A DNA stretch of 64,000 nucleotides from Lama glama (lineage: Eukaryota), in contig CM052816.1 of assembly GCA_028534125.1 (NCBI GenBank), forward strand, positions 43,216,001 to 43,280,000, read 5' to 3'. This document shows, piece by piece, positions 1 to 10,308 of the stretch (within the stretch, counting starts at the first letter, position 1; the number at the start of each line of letters is the position of its first letter). The notes beneath the pieces are model-generated. The model was not told where the DNA came from. It saw only the letters and a program-made list of their open reading frames with translations, and did no database searches. Both the position numbers and the translations under genes were made by a program.

Positions 1-3000
1 TACTGGTTTCATTGGTCATAAGCTGTCATTTCTATTAGGTGCATTTTTACCGTGCAGTGTAATAGAAAATTTTTTCATTAAACAAGTTGTGTTTCTCCTG
101 CTTTAAAGTGTAAGCAGAGTCCACATTTGAATGCAGAAGACAGTGACTGTACCCTGACTAGCGTAATCAATGCAAGAAGATCCTTAAAGCTTTTCTTCTG
201 TAACAAGGGCAAACTCAGCTAAAAAGTTTGTTTAAATCCTGCTTGGCATAACAAGAACCTTTAAACTTTATCTACTTGTGCCTATCTTTGAATATACCTG
301 ACTCATCACCATAATGCCGTTCAACTCAGCCCTGCTCAGCTCAACTGCTCTTCCTGCCTCATACAGATATTTTAAATTCTTTAAGGCTTCCAGCGAAGGC
401 TGTAGAGTTTTTGGACTTAATATTATTTTACAGCACAGGAAGTTCATAGCTCCTGAATAACGCGGATCTGTAAAATAAAATGGGAAGATTTTTCTCTGTG
501 TAGTCTCTGACTATGCAGTTATGTCATATTTGTGTCATGAGCTGTCATTTTTAAGCAACAATTATATCACAGCAGAGTCATTTTTACAATAACAAAAGAA
601 TAACAGTGAAATGAAGTAGCAGCCAAAAAAAAAGTCCTTCATAATCTTAATCTTAAATTAAGAAGATCAAGAAAATTCTGTGTTGGCAGCACACTACATT
701 CTGGTTTTTCTCTATGTATTTTTTAAGAGTAAAAGCTTCTCGTATTACTGTTTTCACAAATAGCTGTCCTTTCGCCTTTGTTCTTTTCCTCTGTTATCTC
801 CTATGCAGAACAGTGCCGTCAGCTATTTTATGAATTTATCTCCTAGACCAATAAGTGATTCTTTTCAATGGACTACATCGATGTGATTAACTTCTTCCAT
901 GTTATTACACCTTTAACGTCGTGTCCTTTGCCTACACCTATCAGTTTTTCCTAACTGCCTAACTTACCTTCAGTGTCTCACTTTGTTCTAGTTTTTCTAC
1001 TTAAAAATCCACCCAAAGGATTGGCTGTTTCAGCATTTCTGTGTATTTTGAGGTAGCTTCGGTGAACTAAATTGGTGTGATGTGTGTTGTTAACTCTCTC
1101 AAGGTGAGGCGGGAGGCGTCTTTCCTGACTGCCCGGCTGGCACGTTTCTCCCAGGTCCCTGACTTTCCTTCCTAGACCCAGAGACGGACTTCCCAGTGAC
1201 TTTGCCTTTTGTCTTGCTCCTTGACTGATGTGGTTCTTGGGGACCTATACTTGCCCTTCTGGTGACAGTGCTTTTACACCCTGATGCCTGGTCAGTGCTC
1301 AGTTACCAGCATACCTGCAGAGTGGGAAAAACTATAAAATTAGCACCAGCTAGTCTGCTTTTGCCCTCTTTGTCTGACTTACACATTATTCTTAGCTCTC
1401 CTGGTCTGCTCTGTTGATTTAATTACATTCAAAAAGCATTTTTTTGAGCCTCTGCTATAGAAATGGAACTTCTCACATATTCTTGAACAAAACCCTGTCT
1501 GCTCTCCGGAGCATGAACAACAGCTTTGGGAAAGATGCATTTGGAGAGAGAAGGAAGCAAAGAACACCTTCCTAGTTAATGAGATAACTGATCAACAGGG
1601 TGATGTAAGTCAAAACCAGATTTCCTTCACATCCAGGTGTTTTTATGCACTTACCATCCTCAGAGCTCTGTGGATAGCTTCTATGTTATGACATTGTTCA
1701 GCACATAAGTACAAAATAAATGGAATCCGTAATATCCATTGGGGAGGTTCCATATCTCCTAGGTGGGAGCTAAGACATGTTTAAAGCAGCCAGTATATCT
1801 CAGTGGAAAGGCACCAAGTTCAGAGTGGAGTGAGATCACTGTGGTCCTGAATGTATGAGCAAAGTTTTTCAAAGAGATGAAGCATGAACCAAGACCTACA
1901 TGGATGCTTATTATTAACTTTGCCTCCACTGTTTTCTGCTTCTTACCATTGGTGATCTTGGCAGATGGTCAGTTGGTTTTGCCATCTTAGAATAGAGGAT
2001 ACTTAAGAAGAGCTTACTAACACAAATCCTGCTTTGGGGATTTCTGCTTAAAACTTAACTTTCTCTTAATTCCAAAAATCCTAATAATAGAAAACTGTTA
2101 ACTTCTCTTTGGGCAAGTGTAGCTGCCCTGCTCTCCAGACAGTTTCTCTTTGCCTCCATTTAGATTATAAATACATGGGGCCTGTGACCATGTGTTTCTT
2201 ATCCTTACTTTATAATTCCCTGTGGATAAGACTGGCCTGATTCTTACATTGTAATCTAATCACTTACTAAGAGGTCTCTGTGTTTGTTGAAGGTGATGGA
2301 TTAGCCTCTCAAGTGCCCCGGCCCAAACAGCGCTGGCTGTCTTGGGCATCCTGAGACCTGCCTCCCCTCATCTCTATTTCTGTTCTAGCGAAATATGCTC
2401 CTGCTTTTTTTCCCTGATCACCCCATTTCTTCAGCACATTAAATATACTTTTAAGCAGATGTCAAGACTTCTCTTAAGGATATGGGTTCTTAATCGTGAC
2501 AGCACATATGCATAAACCAGGAGATAGGCACAGTGGCAATGAGATCTGAGCAAGTTCAGAGAAAACCTTAATTGAGAGTACCCAAGTTAACTTTAAAAGC
2601 CATCAAGTTGATATAGCCTTACTTTTAAATTTAGTAAATGTTTTTAGCTACTATGTTTTAACTCAGTTAATATAATGAAGCTTTCCTCAAATTAGATTGG
2701 ATACACTTTTTTCAGTTCACTAAAACATTTTTATTCAACCACTGTTTTTTAATAATTAATGAACCATTTCTCTGTGGTTCTTTTGCAAATGGACTGGTTT
2801 CAATATGTGGGCCTTAATTTATATAGTTGTTCTCTTTTATTCCTCTTTGTGATCCCCTTTTCATTGTGTTTAGCAGACACTGGTTGCTTTGTAATTTTGA
2901 AAAAATAGCATGTACGTATACTTGGAAAAAATAAGTATCAGTGAAATTTTATATATTGCAAACTGTTTTTCATAGACTGTCTTCCTGAAACCTAAGCCAG

Positions 3001-3439
3001 GGCAAATACGGAAGTGTTGTCACCATCAGTGCTGCAGAGATGGATTTGTGTGACTTCCCACTTTGTGCCAGGTATAGTTCCAGGTGCTGAGAATCTAGTA
3101 ATGACTCAGACAGACAAGGACCTTGATCTTCACCAGCATGCATTCTAGCCAGGATTGCAGTGGATACACAGGCATAAAACAATCCAGTATACAGCCTGTA
3201 GAGATGGCAGTTGATTTCTTGATTCTTTTTCCCACTACCAGCGCTTTAAGGCTGCATCAACAACCTCGTTACCTGGAGTGTTGAGTTGAATTTAGTCTCA
3301 TAGTACTACTACCCCCATCTACATAAGGGCCTTGTTCTAGTATAGGAGAGAAAGGATGGAGACACACCTGGTAGGGTCAGGTTTCTCATTGTTAAACTGG
3401 AACTAACTGTGCCTTACTCCCAGAATGGTACAGGTGAGG

Positions 3440-4920
3440 ATTCATTCACTCATTCAGCAAACGTTTACTGAGCAGCGTATCACTCAGGGTTCTGTTATGT
3501 TCCAGGCTTTGTAACACCTACATGCATGCCCTTACGTACCTGGTTAGAAAGACAGAGACATAAAATAAATTATTACTGATAAATGTTACAGGAAAAACAT
3601 ATATCAAGTACAAGGGGTGGACCACAGAAGCAGTAACTAACTCCACCTGGGGGAAGGCCTCACCATAAAGTGTCCTCTAAACTGCGACTTAAAGGTGACT
3701 GGAATTTCAGCACACTTCTTTATTCAGGAAATGTCTCCTGAGCCAAGCACAGTTGTTGGCACTGTAGACACAGCAGTGAACTAAACAAAGCACCTGCTCT
3801 CCTGGCAGTGGCAAAACAGACAATAAACAGATAAAAATTTTTATGTTAGGTGGTGATACCTGCTAATATCAAAAAATAAAGTAGGTTAATAAAAGGAACA
3901 GAGAGTGACAAGGGTGGTCAGGGAAGGCCTCTGTATTGAGATGACAGGAACAGAATCTGAATGATTTGAGAGGATGAGACCAACAAGCAGGGGAAGCCAT
4001 TTCTGATAGAAGGAGCAACATGGAGAAAATTGTAATAGCCATGAAAAGCGTGGCATCTTTAGTGCAAAGTGAAGTATTGTCACGGAGCATGTGGTAAGAT
4101 GGCTTGCAGGGTTTGGGAGAGTGTGGTAGATGAGGCTGGGAAAGGAAGAGAGAGGGGCCAGATGGCAAAAACCATGGTGTTCCCCACTCAGGAATTTGAA
4201 TGCCCACCTTGTTGACTGGGGAAAAAGGGGCTAAGATTTTGAGAAGAAAAAAAAATTAAGAGGAAAAGGACATGGTTAGATTTTTGTTTCGTTTGGTTGA
4301 GTTAGGTGAGGTTTGGTTTGGTTTGGGGAAAATTACCTCTAGCACATGTATGAAAATGAATTTGGAAGGAGAAGCAGAAGAAGCCAATGGTAAGGTTATT
4401 CTGATGCAAGTGAGAAATTATGGCCTAATTTAGAACAGTTAAGATGAGGCTGTAGAGGAAGTGGTAGAGCTCAGCTGGTTTAGGAGACCCACTATGTAAG
4501 ATTTGATGCCCTCCGGAGTATGGGAAAGGTCAAGAACAATTCCTGGATTTCAGTTTGGGTGACTGAGTGGGTGATAATGCCGTTAACCAGCTCAGGGAGC
4601 CCCAGAGGAGAGGCAGGTTTAGAATTGCACATAATGAATTTGATTTGTGGCAATGGGAAATACAGACTGGAAATGTACAGAGAAGTCAGGGCTGAAATAC
4701 TGATTTGGCTGTTACCAGCATTTCAAGGAAATTTAAAACAGGAGCAAAAAGAAAAGTCAGCATTATCAGATACTGCAGAGAAGTTTAATAGGATGAAGAT
4801 TTTTAAAAGGCCACCAGATTGGACAACTGGAAGGTCACTGATGACTTCATCAAGACCAATTCCAGTAGATGTGGGTAGGGTAAATCTCACCAGGGTTGAG
4901 TTGGAGTGTGAAGAGTAAGA
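3440..4920 (-). mobile_element. Degraded L2 LINE fragments
   Basis: Reverse L2 tail (ttcattcactcattcagcaaacgtttactgagc) followed by purine-rich L2-like antisense sequence. Boundaries approximate. Confidence 0.6.
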
Positions 4921-5874
4921 GGCTGGGATTGTCCAGCCAAGATCACCGTCTCCTCTTTTCCAAAGCTCCTCCTTGGAAGCTTTGAACCTGAAGTCTAATC
5001 TTCTCTTCTTCCTCCTTTCTTGACTTTCTCCACCCAGGGCCTAGGACTGGCTGCCTGAGCTAAGGACATGATGGGGGAACAAATACTCTAAGATCCTTGG
5101 GTCTCTGGTGGGACAGGAGCCAGGGGTAGGGAGCCTGATGTTGGAATCAAGTGTTGCAAGGAGCGTCCTCAATGAGGAACAGTAGGTTAGGCCCATCCAG
5201 AGACCTGTCTCCAGAGGGGAGAAAGATGAAACAGATATCGGTCTTTGTTTTATGTGGAAACTCTGAGCCAGGAAGCTGAAGTAGGATGGTGGGTAACAAA
5301 GGACTTGAAGGATTGGTGGGGGAAACATAGAATTAATCAGAAAACTTGGCTCCAGTGAGAAAGTGGAATCTGGCAAGGTGTAGGGGTGAGGGTAGAATCT
5401 GACAGTAAACTGATGTTAACTAGAAATTCAGGTGGGGCGGCTTAGGTTTCCTAGGGCACAGGGACTGAAGATGTGCAGTGGAGTACTGTTGCCAGTACTT
5501 GTGACCGTAAAGATAGCAGTAAGGGGAGAGTTAATGAATTGAGGGGTAGCATAAAAATGCTGCTTGGCATTAAAAAAAACAACAAACAAAAAAAAACTGG
5601 CATAAAGATATTTAACAAATATCTATGAAGCCAAATGTGATCATTCAGATTATGTGGAGGATAGAGATTAGATACCACTGTTCTGAAGGGCTGAAAGTAA
5701 ATGCCTGGGTTGCCTTCAGGGAGAGGATGGAGGCAGGGACTAAGAGATCCCAGACAGCTTGAAGGTACAAAGCCCAGAAGGGAGATTTACACCTTGGAGG
5801 GAGTTGGAAGCAAGGTTCAGGGTAGGAGACCTCCTCCCTTAACCCTGGGGACCCAAGGAGTTACCAGTAGGGTC

Positions 5875-6042
5875 CTACCAGATTTCCCCACCACCGCAGC
5901 TTTGGCGCGTTTCTCCCGCCTGCACCGCCATCTCCGCCCTCTGGGGGGCGGGGCTCGAGGGCGAGGCTGGTGGCTGGCTGTTCTGATGCCTCGAGAACAA
6001 TCAGTTCCTACCAGACTCCCTGCCCGGGAGCGGTCTTACCCC
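5875..6042 (+). promoter_or_regulatory. GC/CpG-rich proximal promoter and 5'UTR of POU5F2, with Sp/KLF GC box GGGGCGGGGC at 5945-5954
   Basis: Local CpG enrichment in an otherwise CpG-poor window. Canonical GC box ~90-100 bp upstream of the ATG. Resembles the recalled OCT4 proximal promoter and 5'UTR. Confidence 0.7.
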
Positions 6043-7056
6043 ATGGCCGGACACAGGCCCGCAAACTTCCCCCTGCCAGGCGGTGGTGGGGGCGGGCCCA
6101 GAGGGCCCGTACCAGTGCGGGTTGACACTCAGATCTGGCTGAGAGCCCAGGAGGCCCCCGGCAGGCTGATGGCCCTGCCCAGGGTCGGGCCGAGAATCTA
6201 TCCAGGCCCTGAGGTGTGGGGGTTGCCCCCTGTTCCCCCGGCGTACGAATTCCAGGGCGGGATGGTACGAGCCCATCCCGTACCTTGCGGGCCCCGGGTC
6301 GGAGCTGGCGAGGCGGGGACCTGGTTCCCAGACCCCTCCGAGGGCACCTTCCCCGGGCCCTGCATCGTCGTGCGGTGCATCCCAAGGCTGGCGCTGCCAG
6401 AGGATGTCTCAGCCGTGAAGAAAGAGGTGGAGCAGCTGGCCAAGGATCTGAGGCAGAAGAGGATGACCCTAGGGTACTCGCAGGCCGACGTGGGGTTCGC
6501 CTTGGGGGTTCTCTTTGGAAAGGTGCTTAGCCAGACGACCATCTGCCGCTTCGAATCCCAGCAGCTGAGCCTTGCCAACATGTGGAAGCTGCGACCGCTC
6601 CTGAAAATGTGGCTGGAGCAAGTGGACGCCGAGAACCTTCTGGGCTTATGCAAAATGAAGATGATCCTGCAGCAGGCTCGGAAGCAGAGACAAGCAAGCA
6701 GGGAGAGGCGCATCGGAAACAACCTGGAGAAACTCTTCCTGCAGTGCCCGAAGCCCACACCCCAGCAGATCTGCCACATCGCTGAGCAGCTCCGGCTGCA
6801 GAAGGACCTGGTCCGAGTTTGGTTCTATAACCGGAGCAAGATGGGCGGTTGGCCAAGCAATGATTTCTCCCCACTGGAGGAGGTGGAGGCAGCCGGGCCT
6901 CCTTTCCCAGGGGGACCGGTGTGCTTTCCCCTGACATCGGGACTCCATTTTGGTTCCCCCCACTATGCGGGACCCTACATTACACCTTTGTACTCCCCTG
7001 CCCCTTTCCCTGCAGGAGGAGCCGTCCTCTCTGAGAGACCCCGGCCACCGCCCTGA
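6043..7056 (+). CDS. POU5F2: POU domain class 5 transcription factor 2 (SPRM1), intronless OCT4-derived retrogene, 337 aa
   Basis: Within ORF 5701..7056. Starts MAGHRP at cccATGg (6043), like OCT4 MAGHL and human POU5F2 MAGHRPS. POU-specific domain KEVEQLAKDLRQKRMTLGYSQADVGFALGVLFGKVLSQTTICRFESQQLSLANMWKLRPLL. POU homeodomain ending VRVWFYNRSK, the POU5F2-type variant of WFCNRRQK. Single exon. Confidence 0.95.
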   Translation: MAGHRPANFPLPGGGGGGPRGPVPVRVDTQIWLRAQEAPGRLMALPRVGPRIYPGPEVWGLPPVPPAYEFQGGMVRAHPVPCGPRVGAGEAGTWFPDPSEGTFPGPCIVVRCIPRLALPEDVSAVKKEVEQLAKDLRQKRMTLGYSQADVGFALGVLFGKVLSQTTICRFESQQLSLANMWKLRPLLKMWLEQVDAENLLGLCKMKMILQQARKQRQASRERRIGNNLEKLFLQCPKPTPQQICHIAEQLRLQKDLVRVWFYNRSKMGGWPSNDFSPLEEVEAAGPPFPGGPVCFPLTSGLHFGSPHYAGPYITPLYSPAPFPAGGAVLSERPRPPP

Positions 7057-7270
7057 ACCTCCCCAGGCTTTCCAGCTGAAGGGCCTGCCTCTCTGGGGAG
7101 GGCCAAGCTGGGGAAACCGGTCCCTGGGGCTCATTTCAGGGCTTTTAGCGTTAAGTTCTCCATTCTCTGTCTAAAGAAGTTAAGCATACAGACGGAAGGG
7201 AGAGGGGAGTTGTTCAGGAAAATTTGGGGTTGGAAGTTGAAGTTTGTTGCTGCTTTGTGTTTTTCCCTTT
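7057..7270 (+). other. POU5F2 3'UTR containing the out-of-frame ancestral C-terminus and an OCT4-like 3'UTR remnant
   Basis: TGAagGGCCTGCC..., CAGGGCTTTT...TTAAGTTCTCCATTC and GGAAGTTGAAGTT blocks are collinear with the recalled OCT4 3'UTR (TGAGGTGCCTGCC..., CAGGGTTTTT...TTAAGTTCTTCATTC, GGAAGGTGAAGTT). Confidence 0.7.
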
Positions 7271-9504
7271 GTTTCTCCTTAGCATTGGCTTTAAGGTACA
7301 TTATAATACATAGATGGTTTTGGATATTTTGTTTCTGTTGTTTTTATTAATAGAAAATTAATTGTGTCTGTTATTCCTGTGATTATCTATAAACATAGGG
7401 GTTTTTTTTCTTACGAACACAGTACTGAGTGAAAAACTCAAGCCACAGAAGACTATTTCAGTATATCATTTCTGTCACAACCAAGCAGAACTTTGTGTAA
7501 ACACAAGCAGAGTCTAGGATAATCATTGCCTCCAGGGGAAGGTTGGAGGGTGGGGTAGGAAAAGAGTACACAGAGCCTACCCAGAGTCCCCGCTGAAACA
7601 CAGAAATTTGCTTGTTCTCCCCAGTTTCTTGAAAGATGTGTTTTTTTCCTAATTCACTTTGTCATTTAGAGTACCCCAGCTTTAGTGGGTAGGGGTCTCA
7701 CCTTATGCAGTTTCACAAGTTTATCTTCTGTCCCTCCAGTCACTGCGTTTTAAATCCCTTTGCTCCTGCGATTGGGAAACTACAGCAGTGGCTCAGCCCA
7801 GCTCCAGCTTACTTCTCTGGTTTTCAGCTCCGTTTGGTTTATTCCCTGGAAATTTCCGTTACTTTCTTTGAGCTCAGGTATGCTTTTCAGAGGATATTTG
7901 TGATAGTTGCTCCAACACTCCCTTGTGGCTTTTGCAGTGGTACATCTTAAGTCACTTTTCCAATCTCTTCTGTGAAATTGGTCTTTTCCAGTTTTCTCCT
8001 TCTTCATTGGTCAGTTTGGGTCGTAATATACTAACTAACTGGAACTCATTAATCCCTCTGTTTTCATATCTGCTGTCATGTAATATTTATGGTTTTTAAT
8101 TCTGTCATCTATATTATATCTGCGTTTATGTATCCTTTTTGCTTACTAATCTTGTCAATTTTTTCTCTTTTTTCCTTAGTCTTAGACAAAGAATTTATCT
8201 TTGTAAGTATCTTTGTAGATATTTTCAAAGAACAAGCTTTTTTTTATCTTTATCCTATTTCACTACTGTTTTTGTTAACTAATTAATTTTGGCTTTTATT
8301 TTTATTAATTGCTTTTGTCTAGTTTCTTCTGTTTTCTTCTAATGTATGTTTTTCCCTCTTGTCAGTGTCTGAAGATAGAGCACTGAAGATACATGTAGGT
8401 TAGTGAAAATGAGCCAGACTTTAGAGTTGCTCGGCTTTAAATTCAGTAAGTGACTAATGATTTACTCTTGGACTGTCCCACTGAAAGTCATACAGCACCA
8501 ACCCCAGTCTCCCTTTAGACAACCCTTCTGAAAAGCCTTGGAAGGGAGATGTTGCTGCAGAGGGTCAGGCAGTGTTTAATGCCAGGATGAACAACTGTGA
8601 TTGTGCTGCGAACATTCACCTCCTAAAAGCTGTGAAGAGTCTCGGCTCAGGCTGCTGCTTGAATTCTGCAGCTCCTGCAGATTTGGAGAAATCATAACTG
8701 GCTCTCCATCTCGAGGACCCAGTCTCTGCACCTGCACGGCTGCCCCTCTGCTTAGACGAGTACTGTTGTCTGTCACTCAGCAGCCTTCACATAATTTAAA
8801 ATGAGATTGTTTTATAACTGGCCCTCTTGACTGTGAAAAGAGAAAAAAACCTTTATTTAAAGCGTTTCAGATTACTCAAAGATTTAAGATGAAGTGAGTA
8901 AAAAAGGTTAATTATTGGATCCCTCAAAACTGAAAGGGAACTACTTTTAGAGTTGGGAGAAAACCAAGAGTGTGATGTCAGTGGTGAACAGTGTCCAATA
9001 TACAGAGATCAAATTAATTTTTGATTATTTTAAGTATTATTTAATATTTTGTTATTATAGTAATAAGACAGTTTATTATAATACATACATTATATAAAAT
9101 CATAAAAGTAAAATTAATACTAAATGAAAACAATTATGTTAAATAAATATTACTATTTAACATAAGAAATTGAGTAAGATACATCACTTCACCAACAACA
9201 ATATGGGTACCCTTAGTGAGAAAATTTCAGTGGAATAGTAAAGGCAGATAGCAAAAACTAGTGCAAAATCTTTATATTTGCAAGATTTCCCCCAACCTCA
9301 ATTAAAAACATTAAAAATAAATTCCAAAAAGATTTTTAAAAAACCCGATAAACATAAATTCCAACCACTGGCTCAATAGGGTCTTTGCCATCATTTTAAA
9401 AACATTTCTTTAGCAAATGTTTTCTTTATCTTTTATTTCCTTTAGACAAGGCAAGTATTCTTTTTTCCTTTTGAAAAAACATTTGTAGAATTTAATAATT
9501 ATGA

Positions 9505-9618
9505 AGCTTTAACAAACTAGAAATAGAAGGAAACTTTTAAAACCTGATAAATAATAACCTACAAAAACCAACAGCAAACCTCATTCTTAATCGTGAAATA
9601 TTAGATGTGTTCCTTTTA
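9505..9618 (+). mobile_element. Old L1 ORF2 fragment
   Basis: aacaaactagaaatagaaggaaac...aacctgataaa...aaaccaacagcaaacctcattcttaatcgtgaa resembles the L1 ORF2 motif KLGIEG.FLNLIK...KPTANIILNGE. Confidence 0.7.
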
Positions 9619-9668
9619 TTTGTTTTTTGGGGGGGGTTAACTTTATGTATTTATTTTACAATGTCATA

Positions 9669-10065
9669 TTTTTTTAATTGAAGTATAGTTGATGAACAAT
9701 GTTATATGTTAAAGGTATACAATATAATGATTCACAATTTTTAAAGGTTATACTCCTTTACTCCAGTATTATAAAATATTGGCTATATTCCCCATGTTGT
9801 ATAATACATCCTTGTAGCTTGTTTTATACTTGATAATTGTATGTACCTCTTAATCCTCCGCTTCCATCTTGCCCCTCCCTCTTTCCTTTCTCCACTGGTA
9901 ACCACTAGTTCCTTCTCTACATCTGTGAGTCTGTTTCTTTTCTGTTATATTCACTAGTTTGTTGTATTTTTTTAGATTCCACATGTAAGTGATATCTTAC
10001 AGTATTTGTCTTTCTCTGTTTAACTCATTTCACCTCGCATAATGCCCTCCAAGTCCATCCATGCT
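9669..10065 (-). mobile_element. L1 3' end (3'UTR and poly-A), relatively young
   Basis: Poly-T then aattgaagtatagttgat...ctggtaaccactag...gtgagtctgtttc...agattccacatgtaagtgatatc...aagtccatccatg, typical of laurasiatherian L1 3'UTR in antisense. Confidence 0.85.
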
Positions 10066-10308
10066 ATACACCAGAAACTAATACATTTTAAATCAACTGT
10101 ACTTCAATTAAAAAGCAAACAAACAACCCATTTAAAATATGGGCAGAAGAACTGAACAGACATTTTTCCAAAATAGGAAATACAGATGGCCCCAAGGAAT
10201 GTGAAAAGTTTCTCAACATCACTAATATCAGAGAAATGCAAATCAAAATCACGAGATATATCCAATGCAACTCCTGTCAAAATACAACACTTTTCACAGA
10301 ACTAGAAC
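10062..10308 (+). mobile_element. Three short sense L1 pieces: 3' terminus (10062-10114), late ORF2 (10115-10258), earlier ORF2 (10263-10308)
   Basis: tacaccagaaacta...aatcaactgtacttcaattaaaaa; NNPFKIWAEELNRHFSK (cf. NNPIKKWAKDMNRHFSK); NATPVKI..FTELE (cf. NAIPIKLPMTFFTELE). Confidence 0.8.

Noticed and set aside
5873..6015. Direct repeat TCCTACCAGA (5873-5882, 6006-6015) as a possible retroposition TSD
   Set aside because: Both copies lie upstream of the CDS and do not flank the retrocopy. A third copy occurs in an L1 relic (~11617), so it is likely chance.
6001..7134. Several long antisense and alternative-frame ORFs (up to 193 aa) over POU5F2
   Set aside because: Expected by-product of a GC-rich CDS with few stop codons. 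No recognisable domains.
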